Source: Bugula neritina (Eukaryota > Animalia > Bryozoa). Taken from it: 64,000 nt of DNA. Numbering within the stretch: the first letter of the stretch is position 1; every line of letters begins with the position of its first letter. The DNA is taken from positions 11,956,722 to 12,020,721 of the forward strand of contig OZ037766.1 in assembly GCA_964035545.1 (NCBI GenBank). Reading direction: 5' to 3'. The position numbers and the translations under genes were made by a program. Shown piece after piece: positions 26,201 through 39,893 of this stretch. Below the pieces are notes generated by a model. The model was not told the DNA's origin. It made no database searches and worked only from the letters and a program-made list of their open reading frames with translations.

Positions 26201-29200
26201 TGTTATTCAATAAGTTTTAAAAAAAACTTAGGTTTTAGTTGAGCAATGAAAGAGTTCTCATTATTGAAAATGCTCTGTTTATTATGTCTTACTTCTGTGC
26301 ACTACAATTGAAATTGGACGGATATAGTCTGTCAGTTTTTGTTGACTTTCTAAATGCTAACATAACAAAAACTTTCACCCAACTGTTACAGTGCATAGAA
26401 GATGCTGATTACTTCTCTAACATTTTGTTTAGATAGCAAGCAAGGCTCATTGTGGCTGACTATTGACATAGCCTGATAGCATTAGTCTACTCAGTACATC
26501 TAGTACTGTGAAGTGTGTATTGAGTGTATTTAGAGAAAGTAGATTTGTGGGAAAAATGCTTCCCTGTTACAAAAAGCATGTGACTGAAGTATTTTTAACA
26601 ATAGTCAGTCTACCTATAGTGCCACTGTAGGTGCAATATTTTGTTTGTTTTGTAAGAAGGTATAACCAAACTACTGGCTGGTGTTGAGACCAGATTTTAA
26701 TCCTTACTGTCTGATCTACCAGGGCCACCACAAACTAATCAGCATTATGGTTCAAAGAGCTTATTGGTTAAATATGATCATATTTTATCGTGCCATTTTC
26801 TTGATTGTTCTCTCCTCCGCCACTCAGTATGGATGACTTGATGCTATTTTAGATTACTAAACAAGTGAATGGTGTAATATCTAAATGTTCATTGCTGCTG
26901 AAATCTAATACCTACTTGCAATTTACAACTAGCCTGTGACAAGACACAAGGGCTTAAGTTTTTCAATGGGCACAGAAGCATAAATCGTCAGAATACTTTT
27001 TATTAAATTTTTAATGTTATTTGAACAATAAAACTCTATTAAATTTCTGTGAGGTCTCTATTACAAAAAGGTAGCGATACCCTTCATCAGTGTGTCAGTT
27101 CTGGAAATATTTTATGGAGAAAAAGGAAATAATATAATTTCTTGTGAGTTTCTACATTGTGGGAGTGGTAATCTGTTGAACTTTGGAAATTTGAAAAACA
27201 ATTTGCTCAACAATTTGAATATCATATATATGTTCACATTGTTTTTATTGTATAAATATGTGACAACAAGCTGGCATAGTAAAGCAGGAAGTATCAACAC
27301 TAAAAGCATAAACTTGCCATCAAGTTGCCACTCTGAGAATTGTCTGCTCTTTTATTTAGGCCATGGCATAACTGCGTGCGGTTGGTTTTTCAACGTCCTA
27401 ACTTTCAGCAAAAGTTCATTAGCCTCAAAGTAAAATGGACTGATGATGATGACTTTCTGGAGTCGGGTGATAAGAGAATTCCTGTCGACCTTTTCGGTTC
27501 ACAGGAAGTGGAAGCCATTTTCTCTCAGCATGTCAAAGCGCTCCAGGCTGAAGTTCAGCGGCAAGAGTATGTCATTTAGTAATAAGATATATTTATGTTC
27601 AAGTGAACAATAAATGGTAATAACATTTTCATTGCAGAAATTTGAAACATGAGGTTGACTAGTAAAAACCCATAACCCTTATTATAGTGTGTAGTTAGTG
27701 ATGCTATGATTTCAAGATAGTTTCTTAATCAATGAACATTGATTACTAGGATGGAAGTTGAACTATGCTTCATAATGTTTAATATTGAGTATATAGTTGT
27801 AGTGCAATATTATAATTCAAGAATGAAATGGTCTACCAGAAGTTATGTTAAAATTACATCAACATAATTGTTGTGCTCTAAAGATGATAGCAGTGATTGT
27901 AAAAATTACTCTCGAGCATTTTTATAAATGTTTTAATTTTTAGTCATTATTACTTTAGACTTTAAAGAATCATAAATGCTAAACTCCATGAATTTTTCAG
28001 GTATAAAAGGCAGTTTGCTGAATTTGTAAACAGCCACAGAAATATTTTACCTGGTGCACCTCTAGAGGAAATGGAAGTGCACTTCATGGGTCGAGACTTT
28101 TACAATGGGCTTTCTCAGCTAGATAGGGCGGATGTGTATCGTACCGTTCAACAGCAGCTGAGAGAAAAGGCTAAGAAAGAGTTTTTGGTATGATAATCTG
28201 CTACATGAACATGCTGTATGTATTACATGAACATACATGCTGTATAATTACACTATGTATTACATGCACCTACATGCTGTATAACTACTGTATGTATTAC
28301 ATGCACCTACATGCTGTATAACTACTGTATGTATTACATGCACCTACATGTTGTGTAACTACACTATGTATTACATGCACCTACATGCTGTATAACTGTG
28401 CTGGTTCGTTCTCCAGGAGCTGCTATACGAGAGAATGGACATCTTCTACAAGTATGATGATCCTGACACTCCAATCACACAAGAAGACGTGGAGGCACTC
28501 ATGAGTCTTCTTCGTTCAGAGCCAAAGTAAGTTGAAATTTTCGAACACTGATGAATTTTAAAGAGCTTTTATCACTTTTGAATGATTTATAATGTAGGTG
28601 ATTTGAAGGCAAGGTATGAGTTTTATGATGTGTCTACTTTAGATGCAAAGCATTAAGTCGGTGTGAAGAAGACAGGAAGGTGATCATGCTGAATCACCTG
28701 GGGTTCTTACAGTATCCAATTAAAGAGCAATGTCCTTTTAGACAGACCTGCATGGAGGTGCAGCTACAGAAATGTCTGGCGGCCAAGCAAAAGCGGTATG
28801 TGCATTGTGTAACTGTAACACCCATACCCACTTTATTGCAGGAGTTTATTAGTTCTTAACAAACTAAGAGTCTCTCAGTAAAATCCTTCTAAAATATCCA
28901 ACAGCAGTTGTCTGTATGACACGCTTTTTCAAAAGTTATATAATAGGTTTGTGTATTTTGGGGTCAAATTTGACATTCTTAGGCGTAGTATAATGTACAG
29001 TGTGTAGATGTTTTGTGTATATGTTTGCTGAGTCCACACGTCACATGTGTAGGTTATTTATGAGAATTGTAGGTAAATTTAACATTTTTTGTTCATTGGA
29101 TGTGTACTTGAAATAAATTATTTATTGCATAACTCTGCACATACCTTGTAGTGTTTATGATAGCAGTGAGAGCATGCTGGTGCAGAGGAATTGTGTAACA

Positions 29201-32200
29201 TTGTCAGACATAAATATTCTGTTTATGTATGATTCATGTGTGCAGTTCCCAAGACAAGCCTGTGCTCGACTGGTCTCCCAACCCTCAAGAGAAGATAATC
29301 AACCTGATTTTAATTGGTGCCCAAGGCTTATCTTCTGATTTAGTCCAGGAAATCAGGGTAACTGAACATTTAACTACTACATCATAGAACTTAGTCAATA
29401 TGTTTATTGTCACGCTGTAAAAATAACTGAATATATGTGCCCTCACTGTGTTTAGTATATCCTTCGTGCAAGTGTTACGATACATGCAACAAGGGAGTTA
29501 TCACCACATGAATCGGGATTAAATGTCAACAATAATCCATTGATTTGCTGCGGATAAACCTTTTCAACAATAGAATATGGTATATCCTGAATTGCGGTAT
29601 ATGTTATTAGTATATATAATTACATGTATTGACAGTATCATTATGGCGAGGACGAGTACCCATTTGATGACAAAGTGTATAACTTAGACTACAGGACAAT
29701 AGATGGAGACGTCAGTTTACCCCACAACTCACTCAAGACTCCCGATTTCCTTGCTCACGGTATGCTGCATCTCACTAAATCATGGCTTTACTTTACCTTT
29801 AAAGCAATCATCACCTCTAACAACTTTATTTCTAGCTACTATTTTCTGTACATTTAGATATGCCTCGAAAGTATATTTCAATTCTTTAGATAAGGATTTA
29901 GTAGCCAACTATTGACCATTTTCTACTTGTTTGCCAAATCTGTATATAGTATTACATGGTAGTGATACTATTTAGTCTGCTAGTTTATTTATAATATATC
30001 ATCTTAGTTGCAGGACAAGGTAAATAGAGAATTTACCAGAATTGTTCAAATGGTTCTACCAAAGCAGAGAAAACAATTTTTGTCGAGTTACCCTGGTTCA
30101 CTTCCTGTTCTATTTACTACAGGTTGCATCTGTGTGTTCTCTAACCGACACAACTTTGAGTTCATTGCCGACTCACTGGACAAGACATTCTTGGCTGCCA
30201 GTGATGACAGGCTGCAGTATGAGGGTCTACCAGTAGTTCTCATGAAGGCATACGATAGTTCTGTTACTGAGAAGGAGCACCTCAGGCTAAGTGATGATGC
30301 CAGAACTCTGGCTCACAGGTAACTTGCTGTCGATTATACCTTGTAACACTTCAGACTTGACTTACCTTTACCTTCCCGGCTACTGATATATCACGATGCA
30401 AACCAATGTGGTTTGTATAACACAAGGGTGTCTAACCTTTTCAGACCGAGGGCCACTGAAAGGAAATATTCCGGTGGCAAGGGCTACATTGTAAACTTTA
30501 GCTTGTGTTGGGGGCCACAGCATCAGCATTTTTCAAATTATTTTATTCTAAATTCTTATGAATCATTACACAATAAAGTCCCAATAGTTGATGCAGGCAA
30601 CATGTTCTGTAGCATGTGTATAAATAAGACATTTTAGAGGTGGTCTCTCACTCTAATTCATATAAACTGTGAAAAATAGTTTTAGTTTTATGCCATTGAG
30701 GGCCACATAAATGTATGCGGGGGGGGGCTACATCTCACCCTAGGGCCGCCTGTTGGACAGCCCCTGACTATAACACATCTATTCATTATATCACAGCAGA
30801 GTTGTTTGTTGCAGGTTGAAGTGTGAGTTTGTTGATCTCCCGGAGTTGTATGATCACGAGGAAATCTCGGACTGCAGGCAGTTTTCTGAGAATCAAATAC
30901 CTCGGGCCATGAGGGACATTGCAATACAGATGTCAAGCAATGATACAGTTGATACGTCCTTGACCTACAGCAGCAATACTCCACATGCTGACATAAGGTA
31001 CATCTAGTTACCTCTACTATATATTGTATGCGCAAGACCAGAAGTTGTAGTTTCTAGAATGTGGAATGGAGAATGTTTTTACACCAGCTTAACAAGCGAT
31101 GGGCTTGTGAAATGTGCACGTTTTAATTGATAGTTGAGTCATACAAACTCGCAGGTTAATTCGTTTAATAAATGCTATATATTGAACTAATAATTCAATA
31201 AGGAACGCTGAACTGTAATATCCAGTTTAGTAATTTATAGGATCCTACGTCTGATGAGTCATACTTGCATTGTATTTGCAGACTACTGATGTGTCACATG
31301 TGTTCAGACCCGTACTCCGTCGACACAGTTCTCCAGCCCTTCCTGGTGATGCAGTCGTGTAACGTGGTTACCAACAACAGATACCACGTTATACAGTTTG
31401 ATACTTTCATCTCTGATGTCAAACGTAAAGTCGAAGTTATCCTAGCTTCGTACCACGAAGCAACTTTACTAAAAGATGAATACTGTCATGGATACATTCT
31501 CTGTTACTCAACAAAACGAAAGTCTTCTTGCTCAATGCTGGAGTAAGTATATGAGAGAAAGTGGCCACGCTCTGTAATGTAAAATGTCAGAGTAAATATG
31601 GAAATACTGTATCATTATTATTATTATTTTCCATAGGAGCTTTATATCAAAGATCCCACCAGTACCAAGCTTGGTAGTTGCTGTGAATGACTCTGTACAC
31701 ACAGACACCACAATCTCCTTAACTAACAAGGGGCGGTTCATTGCTGAAAATCACAATTGCCTTTTCATTACCACTACTGACTTCTACAATCAGTGTAAGT
31801 ACAATTGTAGCTGTTTAGGATTTGAGCCGCTAATATGTTATATTGTAAATTTAATGCTCCAAAAATTGTGCTTGTATTTTATAAAATTACACTTTTTAGT
31901 TTTAATAATTGCATGCTATATACCACGAGTCTGAAACATTTTCAGGTGTTCTCTCAAATTATTTATAGCATTTCAGGAGCTCGCCTAGTGTTTTTGTGAG
32001 ATTTGTAAGCAGTTCGCTTTTCTGCAAATTATTTTACTTTGTGTATTTTAGTTTACAAAGTCAATTGGTAAATAGCTCTGCCAGTTTACATTGTAGTATA
32101 TGTTGTGTTGTATCTTACAGCTCCATACACTCTCCTGCTGAAGGAAGTTTGGGAGCTTCATCAACGGCGCCTGTCTATTCAAACCGAGTCTTTCACTTCT

Positions 32201-35200
32201 GGCTCATTAGACACTTACAACTCTTATTACAGCTCACAGGACCCTGGCAGACAGTGAGTACCTCCTTGAGGTTGATGCTTGTACAGTTTGTAAAGTACTT
32301 GAGTGTAATGACGAGTGTTATAATTTCATAACTGCAGTTGTTAGATCAACAGCAAAATTGGTAAACCCTAGCATAGGCTAAAGTGATGTAATACAAACTG
32401 CAGGTATAACTTATACATGTGTGTGAAAAATTGGTTCAGCACATTAATTCCTTTCCTATGCGCAATGAAATTATGTGTAAATCTATTTATGCGGCAGTAT
32501 TAAAGCACCCATTGGTTAAGGTGCAGCTTCTAGTTAGTTGTGTTTCCTTGTATGCTTGATCTCTGTAGGTCTGCTACCATCGGTGTTGGTGGGCGGAAGC
32601 AGTGGGAAGACTCGAGAGCTGGAATTTATCTCGGAGGTATGCAATAGTTTTACTCTTTTTGGTTTGAAACTTTTTACCATTTTAGTGTTGCCAAGTAAAA
32701 TGGCAGCCACACTTGGATTTCCTGTTCTCTTGTGATGTATTAGCGGTGATAATTTACTCATGTAAACTATTATAGGTCGGCTTTTAATAAACAGACCTAA
32801 ATTTTCTGCCTCTCAGCATGTGAAGCCTCAGTGCTTTGAGGCATTCACTTGCCCTGAAGATTCTACGCTCCCTTCAATTCCTCAAAAGGAATTTGACTCG
32901 GCCCACAAACCTCTGTCATGCACATTGGAACTGCAACCATTGTGTTCTACAACTTGTAAATTTCCATGTAATTTGTTGTGAAAATATTCTGCTTATACTG
33001 CTGTCCATGTCCTACCAGACAATAACCCGGCCCCTTAGCAACAAAACATCCTTGTGTAATATGTTTCACTCCCTTTGCACGTGACTATATGTTATTTGGT
33101 GGAAAGCTTTTTGTAGTGCAGTTGATAGTCGTGTGTTTTAGACTGATAAATTTTTTGTTTGTCATTCTTAGTTTTAGTTACTTAGAATTGAGCTTTGAAT
33201 AAAGCTATCGAGCAAATACTTCGATACAAGAAGTTGAGAAAACTCCACTTAATGTGTCATACGTAGTCAGCAATCTGCTATTATGATTTTACTAATATAA
33301 AGCTGTAAGACTAAATGTTTCAGCCTACACTTTGACAATGTTATGTTTAGTTAGAATAATGTTTTGAATTGTGGGCAGGGTTTCAGCTTATCACCGTTAT
33401 ATTACTTCCTGTATGCGCACCTATAGGTACATGGGCAGATAACAATGAGATATATCTCAAAAACAAAATGCAAGCTCCATTGGCCGAAAGAATAGAGATG
33501 TTGGATTACGAAGAGCCGCCCGATGCTTTGTCTGACACAAGTGAAGAGTATGCACTCGTACAGGATGCTCTTCCTGATGGCAAGATTCAAAGAGTGCAGT
33601 CAACTTTGAAAAGAGACTTCAGGCCAGGTAACTCATCAGCAGTGCTAGGTTCTTGGAATGATTGCTATTACAGCATAGTTATTCAGTAAACTAATTTTCT
33701 CCATTGGCACAGCTCATTGTTCAATTGCATTAGTCAAGTGATGAGATTTTCGATGGAAAAATAAAGTTGATGATTTGTTTTGAAATTTAATCGATTATGA
33801 GTTAGCCAAGTAATTTCTGACATAATCTAATTTACTTGTGTGAATTAGTATGCATTGATTGTGCAATCATCTAGTTATTACGTTAGCTGCTGTAATGAGA
33901 AACTATACACTAGTCTAGTTGGGGGAAAAGATTTCGCTTCAGTTGCTATCAGTATTGCACTTATAATATGGCATTTAAATCGTATTATGTTTACCAGAAA
34001 TTTGCTTGATTGAAACCCCCCCCCCCCTTACCCCTTTAATAACTCTTTGGTTTATATTTTAATTACAGGGCAGAAAAATTAGTTAGAATGCTATATCATG
34101 TTTTAGTCACATGGACAGAGGTTATCATGTCACTTTTTTCCGTTCATTGCAGCCTTTCCACACACAGACTCGGAGTCGGACATGAGCTCGTTGGAGAGAA
34201 ATGTTTCTGTGCGTAGTCCTGTTAACAGACGCCGTACTGTCATGCCAAAACATGTTGCATCGGGGGTACGCCGAGCACTCAGCCCTTCAAGTCCTAGACT
34301 TAACCCTAGCACCACTGAGAGGAAAAGCAGCTCGTTGCCGCGTATTATCTTCAACAGAGTCAACACCGAAGCATTGTGGGATGGCACAACTTCAAACTCT
34401 CTCGCCACAAATACAAGTATGTTTTTCTGTAGCCTGGGTGTTCCATTCTAAATAATTATCAACGAATTACAATCGTATGATTTATATCATAATTACTTGT
34501 TTATTAGCTTATATTCTAATTCAATAAAATTTCTGCCTCTAAAGATTTATCCTTCTGAACTTTACTGTTTTTGCTTTGGGGTTGTCTGATTAAATTCATT
34601 ATTTGCAATGACGAATATACATCATGAAACATTGGTATCTTCTGGTTATAGTGAAGAGTGACACACCTTCTGAAGGAAGTGAAAGTGCTGGTGATGAAGT
34701 CACCAGATCAGGTAATGAAGTGAAGCGCAATAGATCTTTGAGGATGCTTAGGCGTAGGAAGTTTGACGGCTCTAATGGTGAAGATGAAACCAATTTTTTT
34801 GAGAGATTTAAGAATTCTGTTACCACTGTGGATCCAGAAAAGCAGCGTAGAAAGTCTATGAGAAGGAAACAGAAGGAAGAAGTGAGCATTCTATGACTTA
34901 TGTGTCTTTGTGTCATGCAAATGGCCGAGCTACAGGCTTCTACTGGCCACGTTGGCTCATTTTCAAATAGCCTTCCTAAATGTCAACAACGTAGCGCAAT
35001 AGTTTAATTAATTTTCTAAAGAGAAATGTAAACCACCAATATATTGAAGCAAAATTAAAATCTATTCTTGACGCTTGTGAATTATCAGTTGATTTAACCT
35101 TATAGGAGAAAGTTTTAAGGGACAAGCAGAAATCTGTAAGACGTAAGCTGAAATCCCGTCTGAAGCGGCAGAGCTACCTCAGTAACAAAGACAGTGGTAT

Positions 35201-36833
35201 GACTCTGCAAGACTATCTCCAGACTGAGGGCAATCTTATTCCCATGTTTGTTGAGCTGTGTGTGAAACATCTAGAAAGTCAAGGTAAAGTACATAATTCA
35301 AATTCTTCAAGTGCAGTCTTCTTTGTATATATACATTTAATGTGTGGCCAACCACTGTTGTGTTTTTGGCCGACAATTTGGTATTTTTCCTAATTTGATT
35401 TTACACCAACACTAACTTGTGGTAGTATGTGTATCTTTAGCGTGTATACTGATTTGCTGGAAAATCTCTCATTTATGCTTGTAGGTCTATCAATGGAAGG
35501 TTTGTACAGAATTCCTGGAAACGCTGCTCAAGTTGAGCTTCTCAAAGAGATGTTCCAACATAATAAGAACATAGACATCAATACCATAGACATTGGTATA
35601 AATGCGGTAGCTACAGCTCTGAAAGGTTTCTTCAGTGATCTTGCGGAGCCGTTGATTCCAGCCTATCTGAACCAGGAGTTGGTTGTGGCTGACAGTATGT
35701 ATCAATACATCAGTAAAGCTAAGCATTCTCACACTTGCATCATGTTACTTCACAGATTAAAATCTTGTCTAGCTAAGATTTATAACAGAAGAAGTATTGG
35801 GTCACATCATCTTCACAGTGTTGTATCTGTATCTACAGTTTTATTATTTTATCTCCTTCTGAGGCTTTAATGTTTTATTTTTTGAAGTTTTTTTATAAGA
35901 ATATGGTTTTAGCGAGAATTTTTAGTGAGTCATAACGTTAGATTACGTGTTACAGATATACTCGTGTGCAAATACTTTGAAGTATTGTATTATTAGTTTA
36001 TTTGTGTCTATGATAAGTGTATGTCTGGGAGATTTTGCATACTCTAGTGTATAGCAGAAAGGTAATATTCACTTTTATGACAATGTAAGATATCTAAATC
36101 AGTAGATTGCTTCTATTATTGTATAATAAGGTAGCTAATGCAGACCAACTTAATAGAGATATCAAGTTTTCAACCCATAAGAATTTGTACACCAGACCTG
36201 GTAAATGTATGTCATGATCACATTAAGTATCATTTAGCTAAAGGCAGAGCTGGCGTTGACCCACAGTTTGCTCTGTTTTAGCAATACCAGAGAAAAGCTC
36301 TCGTTTGTTAGCCTTGCGAGGTGTCCTCAAGAAGCTTCCTCCCGCAAATCATGAAATCCTCAAATACTTGGTTACTCATCTGTACAGGTAATAATTGGTT
36401 AATAATTTGTACAGGTAATAGATATAAAGTTATTGTACATTGTGATGTGTGAAGCTATGCTAGGTGAAACAGGTAGTTTTTATGTGAATTACTGAAGCAT
36501 AAACTATTTCTTCATTGCTTAAATTAGCAGTGGTTGCTGTAGACTAGAAATGTGTGTGAATGCAGATTTGCCAATGTGCGTTGTTTCCAAATATTTTATG
36601 TACTATGAAACACTCTGACTAAATTATTGTTTCAATCTTACAGAGTTAACCTAAATAGTGAAGTCAACTCCATGGACAGCAAAAATCTTGCAATATGTTG
36701 GTGGCCAACAATAATTCGAGCGGTGATTAGCAATGTAAATGACTTGAAGTCCACGGGTAAAGCAATGGAAGAGATTACTTTAACATTAATTGAACAGCAT
36801 GGCTTCTTTTTCTACAATGAGCACGAAGTGTAA
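20236..36833 (+). CDS. ARHGAP35: p190 Rho GTPase-activating protein (ARHGAP35/ARHGAP5 ortholog): N-terminal GTPase, FF domains, pseudoGTPase middle region and C-terminal RhoGAP
   Basis: Exons: 20236-20323, 21490-21822, 22361-22575, 23212-23317, 24691-24809, 25930-26153, 27360-27566, 28001-28187, 28417-28526, 28643-28795, 29246-29357, 29636-29759, 30123-30318, 30815-30997, 31282-31542, 31637-31794, 32121-32253, 32569-32636, (32776-32955 optional), 33427-33627, 34153-34416, 34652-34881, 35106-35283, 35485-35694, 36282-36387 and 36644-36833. Motifs: VSVVGLSGTE..KG..GVGKSCLCNRF, NNDHWLYWG, SAEKLMYICRDQLG, TKMD, ETSA, the GAP arginine finger EGLYRIPGN and NSMDSKNLAICWWP. Confidence 0.95.
22631..22794. 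mobile_element. MITE family A, copy 1 (TIR TAGGTGCAGT...ACTGCTCCTA)
   Basis: Terminal inverted repeats, plus an interior (GAGAAAAGCCTGT.TTCTA.ATTAGAAATGTAGCA) shared with the copies at 53210 and 56443. Confidence 0.75.
24231..24623. repeat. Pyrimidine-rich minisatellite with CTCTACAT/CTCCCACC units, in a p190 intron
   Basis: About 390 bp of variant units such as CTCTCTACATCTCCCACCATT and CTCTCTACATCTCTCACCT. The + strand has essentially no G. Confidence 0.95.
25639..25858 (-). mobile_element. tRNA-derived SINE, copy 1
   Basis: The minus strand begins GGGAACAGTCGTGGTCTAGAGGTTAG (A box), followed by GGGTTCAAACCC (B box), a 24-C run and a body shared with 56937-57102 (GAGCAATTATGACTGGATGCTCTT on +). 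Confidence 0.8.
28201..28399. repeat. Minisatellite of about 35-37 bp, about 5 copies, filling most of a p190 intron
   Basis: Unit TATGTATTACATGCACCTACATGCTGTATAACTAC(AC) repeated in tandem. Confidence 0.95.
30423..30766. mobile_element. hAT (Charlie-like) MITE in a p190 intron
   Basis: TIRs CAAGGGTGTCTAACC and TGTTGGACAGCCCCTG, internal GAGGGCCAC/GGGCCG repeats, and an imperfect 8-bp TSD (GTATAACA vs CTATAACA, offset by one base). Confidence 0.75.
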
Positions 36834-37914
36834 TTTATATTTTTAAAAAATTTTGACAATAAAAAAACCCAATATTATGCTAATGTTTTTACCTATTAAT
36901 TTATCATAATTGTGTTGATTAATAAAATGATGCTAGTGATATTATTTGAACAAAGACTGTGAAGTTGGGGAGATTTTTCCTAGTCATGCTAATAATGTGT
37001 GCCAATTTTACGCAACCTAAACATTCTTATATATTTTTCCTATTTTATTTTTCCAGTCTTATCTTTTAATGATAACCATAATTATTGGTTACCTTTTATC
37101 TTGTATAATTATACAAATATTCTTCTGAATTCTAAGTTAAATGATTCCTGACATTTATGTACATACGACATGCATTTTTCTCACAAAAATACAAATAATG
37201 ATAATTCTCTTTAATATGCTGTTTTAATTTGTAAATCACCAAACAGTGGAATATAATCTAACCATCCAATTTATAACCTAATATTTTCACTTGAATTATT
37301 AATATTTATTTTCATGGTGTCTCTCGTTGACATGATTTAAAATTGCTTTGTGGAGTATTAAATAAGTTGTGGTAAAATGTAAAGCTCCCAAGACTGAGCG
37401 TAGCTATGATGAAGCCTGATTCAAACAATTTTGCTTGCCACTTTTATTTCGATAGAGAGTTAAAAGTGAACTCTTGTTGATCTCAAAATTGTGATATAGT
37501 GGATGACTACAAAATATCCTGTAACAATTGAAGACACCCCTGATAAAACGATCAGAGTCAAATAAACTACACGCAGAGAAAATTGAATTTTAATGTTTGA
37601 AACGCTCTAACTTCCACTGTAAATAAGAATAAGTTTTTACTTGGCATTTTATTATTACTTCATGAGGTTTGCTATATTATTTAATGTGACGGTAGATTGT
37701 TTTATCAAATACTTTGTAAGAAAATTGATGTTAAACAAAGGTACAACTAACTCTAATAGTTTTACCATTTTATTTTTATTCAACATCACTGAAGTTTAAA
37801 ACCTTGTTCTAATTTCCATGCTTATACAGATTAAATTAATTTTAAGGCTGTATGTTTCACAAAATATTTATTGAATTATAATGTACGATGTAGATATTAC
37901 AAAAAATTTGTACA

Positions 37915-39893
37915 CTAGTCATAAAGCAAGTGTTGGTTATATTGTGTACCAGCAATCAAGGCAACAGTGATATATATGCAAGCGATACGCATGATAGTTA
38001 ATCCATCAGTTTGTAGTGTTTCTTGCAGTTCCTCTTTGATGTTAGAGTCATAATTTAAACTGTCAAAGTAGTTCTGAGCCTCAGGTCCACAAAATCTTTT
38101 CAAGCTTTGAATGTCTTGGTATATGAGGTGTGACATTGGTAGTAATCCAGTGTATAGGGGCGGTGTTGTAGAGAGAAGACCACAGCTTCTTTTTTTCTTA
38201 ACCACCAAACTACTTTTCCATGGGCTAGTCCATGAATCTCCGTATTCCACAGACTTAGATTTGACTCTGCAAAACAAAACCTCGTGTTGAGGTCATGTCA
38301 GGAGTGGGCAATTTTTTACATAAAGCCCTGCCAGATACTTTGACGTATCAAAAAACATAGTCTGCTCCATCTTTACAATGGCATATGGGCAAGGGAGTTT
38401 TCTGCATAAATGCATATTTCATTTCACCAATCATCTGGTGTCTTCGCTGGAGATGCCTGATTTACTGCTCCAAAATCTTTGTCACATTCCATATAAGAAT
38501 TCCCTCCAAAAATGGAAAAGTAAGTTTGATCACTTGAAAAATTGCTTTTTGATGTTAACCAGATACAGTGACAAATTTTTATAGCAGTCCAATTTTTGTT
38601 CTACCCTGCACAAGAGTCACAAAATATTTCCAAAACTGTTACAATTTTGATTTCAATGTAGCGACATACTGAGCTAGAATAGAACAAACACTGTTGACCC
38701 TTTTCTTATAACCATGTCTCATCATAAACATAGAAATGTGCATCATTGGATGCTAAATTATGTACGTTGGAGGATATGCATGTAAGCTGCCCTTTATAGT
38801 ACACACCGTTGGTAGTAATGTTTGGTGCTGGCAGATTCTTTTGGTAATTTATGCATATTGCATGATAAGTAGAATCCTGCCTTGCCTTGTTTTTGCTTCT
38901 CTTTTGCGATTGTGAAAAACATCTGCACTCCTCAAATGACCATGATGTTCAGAATTTCCAGTTTGAGTTTCTGTTGAAGTACAATCGTGCTACCTAGCTG
39001 CTTTGCAAGGATGTCTTCTACAAGGCGTTTTGAGGCCTTGTTCTCGTCGCATGTTGAAAAAGTGTCAGATCTAGGGTAGGTAGCCGAAAGATAAATTTTA
39101 TTTGGTAGTCAAGATTTTGCGGTATGTGTTTTTTAAACATGTTGAACCAGGATGCTGTTCTCGAAACATATCATAAAGTTTGGTCTTATTGAGAGTTTCT
39201 AGCAAGTACATCCTTTTAGTGTTGTGTAAACTATAATGCGATTTCTGCCCTTTGAATGACTCGGCGTCAGATGTCCGCAGCTAGGTTTATAACTTATTAC
39301 CAATAGAGAGAAAACAGCCATCTTAATGATCTACCTGTAGAGTTATCCCCTTTGTCAAGAAAAGAACATAACTATCAACCTACTTTCATGTATACTCCAA
39401 CCTGCAGCTTCAAAACGTCTAATCGAATATTATGTTGATATTTGGGAAGTGTAGCAGAAATTAGCAACTTTTATTTATATTTTATGCAGTGTAGAGAAAA
39501 AGTTGAAAATTTCTAAACCATTAATTAGATTGTACCGCTTTTTGTTAGACTTAACATTGTCTGGTGTCGTTTTAAGTTCCGGGAAAACATTGCATGGCTT
39601 AAAAATTTGATTAATAAGTTGTGATTCTGAAGTAAAGTGTGGTGCTAATCATTTACACGCTTCATCAACAATAGCTAAAATTAGGAAAGACAAAGAGTTG
39701 TAGTCCAAATCACGAACTGTATTTCGCTATATAAGTAGAACTAAAAGTAGCACCATAAGCACCACCGAGTTTGGTGTGACACTAACCTTCAATGAGCGAC
39801 TTGTTCTTCAAGTTGAACTTAGACTTGGAGCATTCATATTACTATCAGAAATAGATTGGACTTAGTCTTGGATCGATCATCATCACCCGTCAT
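37915..39893 (-). pseudogene. Decayed DDD transposase gene of Sola-like/DUF7869 type
   Basis: Minus-strand fragments in canonical order: SHYSLHNTKRMYL..LYDMF..YRKIL..LSFGY.PRSDTFSTCD; I(N)YQKNLPAPNITTNGVYYKGQL; FYVYDET; IFCDSCAG*NKN (TAG at 38601-38603); GNSYMECDKDFG (about 38469-38504); and C-terminal YTGLLPMSHLIYQDIQSLKRFC..YFDSL. There are several stops and frameshifts. The 5' limit is uncertain. Confidence 0.8.

Noticed and set aside
28201-28399. Repeats of about 36 bp as a possible CRISPR array
   Set aside because: The units are directly tandem with no unique spacers, there are no cas genes, and the context is a eukaryotic intron.
32817-32955. Stronger-looking acceptor (TTTTCTGCCTCTCAG) for the p190 cassette exon
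   Set aside because: Its use gives a stop after a few codons. Only the acceptor at 32775 preserves the frame, although an NMD isoform cannot be excluded.
34130-34916. Minus-strand ORFs of 92 and 105 aa (and similar ones at 21554-21919, 30688-31035, 9817-10083 and 56541-56864)
   Set aside because: They are antisense shadows of real coding exons, with no independent motifs or splice structure.
37915-38277. 120-aa ORF as an independent gene or terminal exon
   Set aside because: It is collinear with upstream disrupted transposase motifs and matches the C-terminus of that family.
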